A stretch of DNA of 64,000 nt from Bacillota bacterium (lineage in GTDB: Bacteria > Bacillota > Clostridia > CAKSNL01 > HGM11501): NCBI GenBank assembly GCA_030705805.1, contig JAUZPY010000001.1, positions 8,073-72,072 of the forward strand. The letters are read 5' to 3'. Numbering within the stretch: the stretch's first letter is position 1; each line of letters begins with the position of its first letter. The translations under genes and the position numbers were made by a program. The notes under the pieces were generated by a model, which was not told the DNA's origin, searched no databases, and was given only the letters and a program-made list of their open reading frames with translations. Positions 9,124-17,552 of the stretch are shown here, piece after piece.

Positions 9124-10476
9124 GTGAAAAAAGTGGCAATAATTAAAAAAATATCTCCTCCTAAAATAATTCTTTTAGGATACATGACTATAATTCTTAC
9201 CGGAGCATTATTACTTTGTTTACCCTTTGCAAGTACAAAACCGGGCAGCTGTGATTTTGTAACGGCATTGTTTACTGCAACAAGTGCTACCTGCGTAACC
9301 GGGCTTGTAGTTGTGGACACTGCAATAGAATGGACTTTGTTCGGTCAGATTGTAATAATGCTGCTCATTCAAATAGGCGGTATTGGATTTATGACGATTG
9401 CCTTATCTTTACTGGCTTTAAGAAATAAGTCTGTTGATTCGGCTACAAAATCCTTAATGCAAATGTCTATAGGCGGTTCTAAACTGTCAGGCTCTCAAAA
9501 ATTAGCGTTGATAATTTCTATGGGAACTTTTTCCTTTGAATTTATCGGAGCTACCCTGCTGGCACTAAGATTTTGTCCGCAATTTGGATTTTGGAAAGGC
9601 CTTTATTACAGCATATTTCATGCTGTATCCGCCTTTTGTAATGCAGGTTTTGATGTGCTTGGGAAAGAATTTGGGCCATTTTCTTCTTTTACTACGTACA
9701 GTGGGGATGTATATGTCTGTCTTATAATATTATCGCTTATTGTAATAGGCGGTATCGGATTTTTAGTTTGGACTGATGTAGCTGAAAATAAGTATCATTT
9801 CAAAAGATACAAGATGAATACAAAGATAGTAATTATCACTACTTTAATACTTATTGTTTCAGGAACGATTATTGCCGCCGCTTCCGAATGGAACGGTGCT
9901 CTGTTTCAAGGTCGGTCGATTTCCGATAAATTGATCATGAGTGCATTTATTTCGGTTACTCCGAGAACTGCAGGGTTTAATACTGTTGATATGAGTCTTT
10001 TACATTCTACTACTTATTTACTTGTTGTGTTGCTTATGGCTATAGGCGGATCTCCCGGGTCAACAGCCGGCGGTGTAAAGACAACGGCATTAGCACTGGT
10101 ATTCTTAAGTATAGTTTCTGAATTTCAGGGTAAAGATGCTGTAGAGTGTTTTGGCAGGAGAATAAAATCCGGAGCTATAAAAAAAGTTGTTTGCCTTATA
10201 ACCGTGTTTTTTTCTTTAATTATTATTGCTTCTGCTCTGATATGCGCAATTGACGGTGTAGCACTTGATGCCGCAATTTTTGAAACCACTTCGGCAATAG
10301 GAACTGTAGGGCTTTCTTTTGGTATTACCCCTACCCTTTCTAATGCTTCAAGAATAATACTGATATTACTAATGTATACCGGACGTGTGGGCGGACTCAC
10401 TATTATTCTTGCCCTTTCAAGACATAGAAAGCCTTATTCATCCGGATATCCGGAAGTGGAAATAATTATCGGTTAA
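9124..10476 (+). CDS. ktrB: Trk/Ktr-type potassium uptake membrane subunit (KtrB/TrkH family)
   Basis: 450-aa polytopic protein with repeated selectivity-filter-like GIGF/GFN/GGSPGSTAGG segments and a GTG start at 9124. It is followed by a TrkA-N gene. Confidence 0.85.
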   Translation: MKKVAIIKKISPPKIILLGYMTIILTGALLLCLPFASTKPGSCDFVTALFTATSATCVTGLVVVDTAIEWTLFGQIVIMLLIQIGGIGFMTIALSLLALRNKSVDSATKSLMQMSIGGSKLSGSQKLALIISMGTFSFEFIGATLLALRFCPQFGFWKGLYYSIFHAVSAFCNAGFDVLGKEFGPFSSFTTYSGDVYVCLIILSLIVIGGIGFLVWTDVAENKYHFKRYKMNTKIVIITTLILIVSGTIIAAASEWNGALFQGRSISDKLIMSAFISVTPRTAGFNTVDMSLLHSTTYLLVVLLMAIGGSPGSTAGGVKTTALALVFLSIVSEFQGKDAVECFGRRIKSGAIKKVVCLITVFFSLIIIASALICAIDGVALDAAIFETTSAIGTVGLSFGITPTLSNASRIILILLMYTGRVGGLTIILALSRHRKPYSSGYPEVEIIIG

Positions 10477-10489
10477 AAGGAGAATTTAT

Positions 10490-11137
10490 ATGAAAAAAAG
10501 TATAATCATTTTTGGTCTTGATAATCTCGGAAGGCATCTTGCTCAAACTTTTTCTGAACACGGCAATGATGTGCTGGCAATTGATATTGAAGAAACTAAA
10601 ATCAACGAATATGCAAATGCCACATTTGATGCACATTTGGGAGACGCAACAATGAAGGAATTTGTGGAAGAGCTTGGCGTGAATGAGGTTGACTTATGTT
10701 TTGTCACTCTCGGTGACCGTTTCAAGGAATCCTTGGAGTGTGTTGACCTTCTTAAAAGCTTAGATGCAAAAAAAATTATAGCACGTGCTCATGACGATTC
10801 TCATGCAAAATTTCTTTGTATGGCGGGTGCAGATAAAGTTGTTTATGCCGAAAAAGAACTGGCAGAAAGTATGGCTGTTGCTTACAGTGCTAACAATGTC
10901 TTTGAGTATATAAGTCTTTCTAACGATTATGGTATATACGACGTTGCTATACCTGATTCATGGGTAGGTAAAACCATTGCTGAAATAGATGTCAGAAGAA
11001 AGTATGAAATCAATATAATCGGTTTTAAAAGGGAACAGATTTTTATACCGGTAAGCAATCCTAACCACGTTTTTATAGCTGAAGAGCAGCTTACTATAGT
11101 TGCAGAATTTTCAAATGTTTCTAAAATCATTAAATAA
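10490..11137 (+). CDS. ktrA: Trk/Ktr potassium uptake regulatory subunit (TrkA-N/RCK domain)
   Basis: 215 aa with a Rossmann GxGxxG (IIIFGLDNLGRHLAQ) and an RCK C-terminal region, translationally coupled to ktrB. Confidence 0.85.
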   Translation: MKKSIIIFGLDNLGRHLAQTFSEHGNDVLAIDIEETKINEYANATFDAHLGDATMKEFVEELGVNEVDLCFVTLGDRFKESLECVDLLKSLDAKKIIARAHDDSHAKFLCMAGADKVVYAEKELAESMAVAYSANNVFEYISLSNDYGIYDVAIPDSWVGKTIAEIDVRRKYEINIIGFKREQIFIPVSNPNHVFIAEEQLTIVAEFSNVSKIIK

Positions 11138-11371
11138 AATTAGTCTATTCATTAAAAAGGCGCTGTTCATAGTACAAGAAAGCTACAATAAGCATTTGAT
11201 TTTTCTGATGCTTATTGTAGCTTTAAAACTGTCATTTTTGATATAACTAATTTAAGATTCAGGAAAAATCCACTTTGTAAAGACATAATTTAACCACTTG
11301 ATTACATATAATTTAAACACATTACAATTTATTTTATATACAAGCGGTCTACACCTCAATTTAAAGTAATA

Positions 11372-11396
11372 TATTTGGAAGAACCTCCATATATAT
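11372..11396 (+). promoter_or_regulatory. Candidate sigma-E-type forespore/mother-cell promoter for spoIVA (ATATT ... CATATATA)
   Basis: AATATATT at 11369-11376 and CATATATA at 11388-11395 resemble the sigma-E -35 (ATATT) and -10 (CATACA-T) elements, about 35 nt upstream of the RBS-proximal start. Spacing is not ideal. Confidence 0.3.
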
Positions 11397-11430
11397 GTAC
11401 AAACACGCTTTGAAATTAAGGAGGATTATT

Positions 11431-12909
11431 ATGTCAGCAAACATTTACAATGATATCGCCACGCGTACCCAGGGTGATATCTACATAGGCGTTGTGGGGC
11501 CTGTCCGGACTGGAAAGTCCACCTTTATAAAAAAGTTTATGGATTATTTTGTTATTCCCAAAATCGACAACCCCTATAAAAAAGAAAGGGCAACCGATGA
11601 GCTGCCTCAGAGTGCGGCCGGTCGTACAATAATGACTACGGAGCCTAAATTTATACCAAATGAAGCTGTACGTATATCCTTTGACGGAAATAAATCCTTC
11701 ATGAATGTACGGATGATAGACTGTGTAGGTTATATAGTTCCGTCTGCTATCGGATACATTGAAAACGAAGCACCCAGAATGGTTAAAACCCCATGGTTTG
11801 ATGAGGAAATCTCCTTTAATGAAGCAGCGGAAATGGGTACAAAAAAGGTTATAAACGAACACTCTACAATAGGCCTCGTAGTTACTACTGACGGAAGCAT
11901 TACAGATATACCGAGAAGTGATTATGTCGAAGCCGAGAACAGGGTAATTGAAGAATTGAAGGCTATAGGAAAACCCTTTGTAATTTTAGTAAACTCTACT
12001 GATCCAAGCAGTGATCGCGCCAGAGGCCTTTGCGATGAGCTTTATGCAAGACATAATGTATGCGTTAGGTCTGTTAATTGCGCTGAGCTTACAGAAAAGG
12101 ATATTGATTCTGTTCTTGAATCAGTTCTGTATGAATTTCCGGTATGTGAAATTGGCATTAATATCCCCCGTTGGATTGATGCGCTTGAAAATAATCATTA
12201 TCTGAAAAGCTCTATATACTCAAAAATTCGTGAGACTGTATACGGAATTAATAAAATCAGTCAAATCAATAGCATTATCGATGCCATGTCAACGGAAGAT
12301 TATGTATCCGAATCAGCAATCAGCAATGTTGATCTTGGAAATGGTACGGTTCTTGTAGATATTGGAGTTATTGACGGTTTATTTTATAAAATCATCAAAG
12401 AAAATACCGGATTTGATATTGATAATGAAGATAAACTTATGCGCCTGTTAATTCGGCTTTCCGATACAGATAAACAATACAGTAGAATTCAGTTTGCCCT
12501 TCATCAGGTTCGGGAAAACGGATATGGTATTGTCAGCCCGGATATAGATGAGCTGACCTTAGAAGAGCCTGAAATAATAAAACAGGGCGGCAGGTACGGT
12601 GTTCGCTTAAGAGCAAGTGCGCCTTCCATACATATGATGAGAGCTGATATAGAAACCGAAGTGGCTCCGATAGTCGGTACGGAAAAAGAATCCGAAGAAC
12701 TGGTACATTACCTGCTTGAAGAATTTGAGGCTGACCCTGCAAAGCTTTGGGAATCCGATATATTCGGTAAATCACTGCATGAGCTTGTAAATGAAGGTCT
12801 GAATAATAAATTGTCCAGAATGCCTGAAGATGCAAGAGGTAAAATCAGAGAAACTTTAGAGCGCATTATAAATGAAGGCAGCGGCGGCCTTATCTGTATA
12901 ATATTATAA
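11431..12909 (+). CDS. spoIVA: Stage IV sporulation protein A (spore coat morphogenetic ATPase)
   Basis: The N-terminus (MSANIYNDIATRTQGDIYIGVVGPVRTGKSTFIKKFM) is the hallmark SpoIVA Walker A region. A strong RBS (AAGGAGG, 11417-11423) lies 7 nt upstream of the ATG at 11431. The tracked ORF start at 11395 is a spurious extension. Confidence 0.9.
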   Translation: MSANIYNDIATRTQGDIYIGVVGPVRTGKSTFIKKFMDYFVIPKIDNPYKKERATDELPQSAAGRTIMTTEPKFIPNEAVRISFDGNKSFMNVRMIDCVGYIVPSAIGYIENEAPRMVKTPWFDEEISFNEAAEMGTKKVINEHSTIGLVVTTDGSITDIPRSDYVEAENRVIEELKAIGKPFVILVNSTDPSSDRARGLCDELYARHNVCVRSVNCAELTEKDIDSVLESVLYEFPVCEIGINIPRWIDALENNHYLKSSIYSKIRETVYGINKISQINSIIDAMSTEDYVSESAISNVDLGNGTVLVDIGVIDGLFYKIIKENTGFDIDNEDKLMRLLIRLSDTDKQYSRIQFALHQVRENGYGIVSPDIDELTLEEPEIIKQGGRYGVRLRASAPSIHMMRADIETEVAPIVGTEKESEELVHYLLEEFEADPAKLWESDIFGKSLHELVNEGLNNKLSRMPEDARGKIRETLERIINEGSGGLICIIL

Positions 12910-12915
12910 AAAGAT

Positions 12916-12950
12916 TAAAAAACGAAGAGGATTTACCTCTTCGTTTTTGT
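12916..12950 (+). terminator. Rho-independent terminator after spoIVA
   Basis: ACGAAGAGG-ATTTA-CCTCTTCGT hairpin followed by TTTTT. Confidence 0.8.
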
Positions 12951-13126
12951 ATATGGAAATATTACGAAAAAGGCACGTCCCCCATCAACACTCACACTAT
13001 CGAGGCGTTGTCAACAGAACGTCCCCTTGTCTACCCCTTGTCTTCTGTCAAATACTATAAAGTGTGTGGATTTATGAATGTTATGAAAGTACAAGAAAGC
13101 TTAATTTCCCGTCCTTTTCTCCGTTA

Positions 13127-14641
13127 TTATTTAGAAATGGTAATTTTATTTTCTGTTTTCCCTGCTGTCCAATTAACGTTAAATCCTAAACCTTCTGCTG
13201 CATATCTAAGCGGAATATAGGTCCTTCCAATACTTGCATCCACATACGCACTTGCATCCATTTTGTGCCTTACACCATTTACCCAATACTCAGATTTTCC
13301 AATCGGAAATTCAATTTTATATCCCGGTAATTCGCCAATCGCAATTTTATTTTCGCTATCCCACATAACACTTGCGCCCATTGCGGCTAAACATTCGCGG
13401 AAAGGATACATTGTACGATTATTTACAGTTTGCAGCTTTAATGTAAGTTCAACTTCTTTATTATTAAAAAATAATTTTATCGGTTTATTGCCTAAAGTTG
13501 TACTAATAGTTTTTGTTCGATTGCTATCTGTTGCCCATACATCGCCTGTTGAATTTATAAAAACATAATACGATGTTGAATATGATACTGATATGTCTTT
13601 AACAAAAGTAACGCTGCCAAAATCATAAACAGGATTATATTTACCATTTTTTAAATTAAGATAAATACCTTCTTGGTTAAAGTAAAAGATAGTTCCGCCA
13701 ATTGTTATACAATTACCCACTTTATTTGATTGCATATCTAATAAGCTAAGCCCTTTTTCCCAAAAAATGTTGCCCTCATAAGCTTTACCATCATTAGAAA
13801 CAGCATAAAATGAATTTCCTGCTGAAGTGTCCCAAGCAACTGATTTAATGTTCTCTCCCTGATATTTTGTAGTGCCTAAATCATGGGAACTTATGTATAG
13901 TTGATTTGATGTATTAATTATTCCTACAGCTCTTGAACCGAGAAAAACACCATTTTCTTTCTTTACATTTGAAACAACTTTTGTCGGCATATCCGGTTTT
14001 AAATAATATAAATCCCCATTATTTTTCAAAGCATAAGCGTTTCCGTAGCCTGAATAAACTGCGTATACGTCAGACATCACAAATGTAGTAGTAACTTCAG
14101 ATGTTCCATAATAATCCAATTCAATGCTATATAAGTTATTATCATTTAAAACAACATATTTTTTTTGGCCACCAGATGCAAAGCTCTTTACGTTGGAAAG
14201 AACCTTTTTGCTTTCACCCTCGCTTTGAAATTCAGGATCACAAACAATATTGCTTTTATTGTCAATATAGCATAACGGATCCAAATTTATTATTTCTTTA
14301 ACAGAAATGGGATAATTATTAACTTTTACTTCTCTCTCATCGGACTTCAAAGTTGTCACAACCGACATTGTTCCATTCGACTTAATCATATATAATGTTT
14401 CCGCCGCTACATCCCACTTACTTATTATTGCAGTTACATCGGTTTCAATAAATTTTTTGCTCGAAGCAATAACATCAGTAGTTAAATAAACATCCCCCGC
14501 CCCAGTCAAAACAGCTACATTATAATCTCCATAGCTAAAACTAGCAATATCTTTTACAGGCAATTCAGCTGCATTTACTAATATAACAGTACTAATCATC
14601 GCTAACATTATAAATGTTAAAGTAAAAATAATTTTTTTCAT
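13127..14641 (-). CDS. Secreted protein with a repeated beta-rich N-terminal region and a C-terminal copper-amine-oxidase-N1-like (stalk) domain
   Basis: 504 aa with an N-terminal signal peptide (MKKIIFTLTFIMLAMISTVILVNAAE), recurrent ~40-aa units (…YAV…GD.Y…) suggesting a propeller or repeat fold, and a C-terminus (YPFRECLAAMGASVMWDSENKIAIGELPGY…IPLRYAAEGLGFNVNWT) matching the Cu-amine-oxidase N-terminal-like domain common in clostridial wall proteins. Confidence 0.5.
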   Translation of the reverse strand: MKKIIFTLTFIMLAMISTVILVNAAELPVKDIASFSYGDYNVAVLTGAGDVYLTTDVIASSKKFIETDVTAIISKWDVAAETLYMIKSNGTMSVVTTLKSDEREVKVNNYPISVKEIINLDPLCYIDNKSNIVCDPEFQSEGESKKVLSNVKSFASGGQKKYVVLNDNNLYSIELDYYGTSEVTTTFVMSDVYAVYSGYGNAYALKNNGDLYYLKPDMPTKVVSNVKKENGVFLGSRAVGIINTSNQLYISSHDLGTTKYQGENIKSVAWDTSAGNSFYAVSNDGKAYEGNIFWEKGLSLLDMQSNKVGNCITIGGTIFYFNQEGIYLNLKNGKYNPVYDFGSVTFVKDISVSYSTSYYVFINSTGDVWATDSNRTKTISTTLGNKPIKLFFNNKEVELTLKLQTVNNRTMYPFRECLAAMGASVMWDSENKIAIGELPGYKIEFPIGKSEYWVNGVRHKMDASAYVDASIGRTYIPLRYAAEGLGFNVNWTAGKTENKITISK

Positions 14642-14834
14642 AAATACCTCACAAATTAAAAATTTGTTTTTCTACATATCTCATCAATAAAGTATCATTT
14701 TTTAATGCATTTGTCAATGCGTTAGATTATATATTTATTGGAAATTTATGGTAGAAATATAATAGACCTCAAACCATAGTGTCGAGGGGGTCACCTCAAA
14801 CCATTCCCCTTGTCTATTCCATTCCTCCCCTTAT

Positions 14835-15782
14835 TTATTCCATATAACTTATCGATGTATCAATGCCAATGGTACTTGCTTCGCCATTCCATGTTATACC
14901 TATATCAAATGCTTTTGCAATATCACGTAGCCTAAAGTAATTATTGCCGTTAATCGTATAGGCAGATAATTGTGCTTCCTGACCGTCTATATATATTTTT
15001 GCAGTAGAAAGAACTGCATTTTGTTTATTTGAGTCTGCATTCACTTCCATTTCGCCGCCGACCGCCGTGTATATTTTATTTGATATAAGGTTGATAGCAT
15101 TTTTTGAACCATCCCATGAAACCTCAAACTGCTTATCAGTACCACTTACTACCTTCGCAAGATCACGAAGCTTAAAATAATTATTGCCGTTTATCGTATA
15201 AGCTTCAAACATAGTCTTTGTGCCATTTACCAAAATCTTACTAGAAGTCGGTAAGGCCGGTACATTTACAATAGCATTGTCATCTGCATTTTGCTGCAAA
15301 TTATCCATGCCTTCAACGATATCAATAAATACTACCAGACTAAAATCCGAATATGATATCTCCAAAGAATAATGCCCAGCCTTATCAAATTCTATTGTAT
15401 AGCCTGTATCATAATGTTGGGGTATTACCGGGCCATCTGGGATAATGACCTTTCCGGATTCCTTAACAATAGAAGAAATTGGTTTTCCGGATTCATCTGA
15501 ATATTCTTCATTTCCATAATTAATCTTAATATTGCTGAATATAAAGTCGCAAGTCATTTTTGCATGAACTTGAGCCTTAATGTTAAAATCTGTGTCAACG
15601 CCCTCCGTGGACTCTAACACATTTGTTACAGTAAATCCCTGACTGTAGCCCGCAGCTTGCTCTAAACAAAACTCTTTTTCCCCGGCAGCAAGAACTGATA
15701 CTACAGACAGTTGCATAACTGCTGCAGCAACTAATATGGTTAACATCAACTTAATTATTTTTTTCATTTCAATTCTCCTCAT
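14835..15782 (-). CDS. Secreted protein with two tandem copper-amine-oxidase-N1-like domains
   Basis: 315 aa with a signal peptide and two C-terminal repeats containing AYTINGNNYFKLRDLAKV and AYTINGNNYFRLRDIAKAF, the signature of the CuAO-N1 stalk domain. Confidence 0.55.
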   Translation of the reverse strand: MRRIEMKKIIKLMLTILVAAAVMQLSVVSVLAAGEKEFCLEQAAGYSQGFTVTNVLESTEGVDTDFNIKAQVHAKMTCDFIFSNIKINYGNEEYSDESGKPISSIVKESGKVIIPDGPVIPQHYDTGYTIEFDKAGHYSLEISYSDFSLVVFIDIVEGMDNLQQNADDNAIVNVPALPTSSKILVNGTKTMFEAYTINGNNYFKLRDLAKVVSGTDKQFEVSWDGSKNAINLISNKIYTAVGGEMEVNADSNKQNAVLSTAKIYIDGQEAQLSAYTINGNNYFRLRDIAKAFDIGITWNGEASTIGIDTSISYME

Positions 15783-15888
15783 TCAATATTTTCTTATTGT
15801 AAATTATGCCAAGGTTTGTTAAGGGAGCATTTTAAACCGTCCGCTTGTCTCCTGTGGAATCAATCCATTTCTTTATGAGTGGTATGTT

Positions 15889-16251
15889 TCAGTTAAAATC
15901 AATTATTTTATTTCCGGGCGGATCTTCTGTTACTTTAGGATGTCCTTCCTGAACTTTCACTTCTCCGTTTCCGTCACCAATGTCTATACCAGAAACCTTA
16001 CCATCGGTTATTTTAATAATTACCTTTTTTTCTGTTTCATCTTTATCTCCTTTAAGATAAACTATGTATCTGTCAATTTTTGCGTCATAAACTGTTTTTT
16101 CCACTGAGTATATTTCGCCTTTTGGTATAAAGTAATATCTGGCATAATTTTCAGACACTTTCACATCGTTAGCATTTTCACACCCAGATACAGTTGCCCC
16201 TACTACTATTATGATAACCAAAAGAAAAATAAGCTTTGTTTTTGTCATCAA
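15889..16251 (-). CDS. Small putative lipoprotein
   Basis: 120 aa with a signal peptide ending in the lipobox-like VSGC. No recognisable domain. Confidence 0.45.
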   Translation of the reverse strand: MMTKTKLIFLLVIIIVVGATVSGCENANDVKVSENYARYYFIPKGEIYSVEKTVYDAKIDRYIVYLKGDKDETEKKVIIKITDGKVSGIDIGDGNGEVKVQEGHPKVTEDPPGNKIIDFN

Positions 16252-16499
16252 AATTACCCCTTATACTTTTTTTAATTTCCTGTATGATATTTAGTGAACT
16301 TGGATACGGAGGATCTGATTGAGCCAGTAATCAAGCGGTGCACAATGGGGATGGTTCTTTTATGATTCTTAGTAATCCTGATGCAAGAACTGAAGCAGTT
16401 ACTATATCATATTTGTAATTCATGATATATGATATACTTATGGGAAATAAAATTCAAGAGAAATGGAAAAAAACCGAAAAATAATAAAAACCGGATCAT

Positions 16500-16533
16500 A
16501 AAAAAAAAACGAAGAGGTGCTCTTCGTTTTTTG
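16500..16533. terminator. Intrinsic terminator-like hairpin flanked by A-run and T-run (bidirectional) in the ispE upstream region
   Basis: A9-CGAAGAG-GTGC-TCTTCG-T6. No annotated gene ends at it on either strand. Confidence 0.6.
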
Positions 16534-16665
16534 CTATTTATAGCAAGCATTCACATTAAATCATGGGGTATAAGTTACTACACCATCTGTTAAAAGTGTT
16601 CTGATTTGACAAAGTTCTTTCGATATGTTATCTTTAAATAGACATTTATCGAAAGGACTTTTTTT

Positions 16666-17517
16666 ATGAAAACCACAGTCTATGCAAATGCTAAGGTGAA
16701 TCTTACCCTGGATATTACAGGAAAAAGAGAAGATTCTTATCACACAATAAGAACCGTAATGCATAACATTGAACTATCAGATGAAATTGAAATATCTTTC
16801 ATAAAAAAGGGCATTAGAATTACTTCGAATTTATATTATCTGCCTTCAGGTCCTAATAATATTGCTTATAAGGCTGCCGAAGCTTTTTTAAAAGAAATTA
16901 ATATGGCTCAAGGGCTAGAAATCAGGCTTCACAAAAAAATCCCCGTAGGCGGAGGATTAGGCGGTTCCAGCACTGATGGTGCGGCAGTCCTTCGAGGGTT
17001 AAACAACTTGTTTTCTAATCCCATCAGTGAAAAGCGACTGCTCCAAATTGCGGCATCTCTTGGCTCAGATATGCCCTTCTGCTTAACCGGAGGCGCCGCT
17101 TTATGTGAAGGCGTTGGCGAAATAATAACCCCTCTTCCCGATTTTTGCGGAGAAAGTATCCTGATTGTTAAGCCTCCGTTTTCATTAAATACAAAAGTAA
17201 TGTATGAGCAAATCGATGCCTTCGGAATAGCTAATCATCCTAAAACAGATGAAGTAGTAGAAGCCTTTAGACAAAGTAACTTTAAGGAAGTCACCAGTAA
17301 CCTTTTTAATGTATTTGAACCTGTAGCAATTGCCATTCAGCCTATTATCGGCGTAATTAAAGAAAAACTGTTAAAGTTTGGTGCTATCGGAGCCCTTATG
17401 AGCGGAAGTGGTTCATCCGTTTACGGAATATTCAAAGATGAAGCTTCTGCTTTTGATGCAGAAGAAAAACTGAAGTTTGAAAAATTTGATGTCTATTTTT
17501 CAAAGCTGTGTAAATAA
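16666..17517 (+). CDS. ispE: 4-diphosphocytidyl-2-C-methyl-D-erythritol kinase
   Basis: 283 aa with the GHMP kinase motif (PVGGGLGGSSTDGAAVL) and an IspE-like N-terminus (KVNLTLDITGKREDSYH). Confidence 0.9.
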   Translation: MKTTVYANAKVNLTLDITGKREDSYHTIRTVMHNIELSDEIEISFIKKGIRITSNLYYLPSGPNNIAYKAAEAFLKEINMAQGLEIRLHKKIPVGGGLGGSSTDGAAVLRGLNNLFSNPISEKRLLQIAASLGSDMPFCLTGGAALCEGVGEIITPLPDFCGESILIVKPPFSLNTKVMYEQIDAFGIANHPKTDEVVEAFRQSNFKEVTSNLFNVFEPVAIAIQPIIGVIKEKLLKFGAIGALMSGSGSSVYGIFKDEASAFDAEEKLKFEKFDVYFSKLCK

Positions 17518-17518
17518 T

Positions 17519-17548
17519 AAAGCCCCGCATATGCGGGGCTTTATTATT
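17519..17548. terminator. Bidirectional rho-independent terminator between ispE (+) and the SLH gene (-)
   Basis: GCCCCGCAT-ATGCGGGGC perfect palindrome with T-runs on both sides. Confidence 0.8.
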
Positions 17549-17552
17549 TTGT

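Noticed and set aside
11395-11430. Extended N-termini in the ORF track for spoIVA (11395), argG (39028), ruvC (38968), uvrA (52319), yabP (49404) and the HutP-like gene (2111)
   Set aside because: In each case a conserved family N-terminus begins at an internal Met that has a proper Shine-Dalgarno sequence. The upstream extension runs over promoter or neighbouring-gene sequence, so the starts were trimmed.
16561-16764. 67-aa minus-strand ORF overlapping the ispE start
   Set aside because: It is Cys/His-rich but has no RBS and overlaps the ispE ribosome-binding region on the opposite strand. It is most likely a chance ORF.
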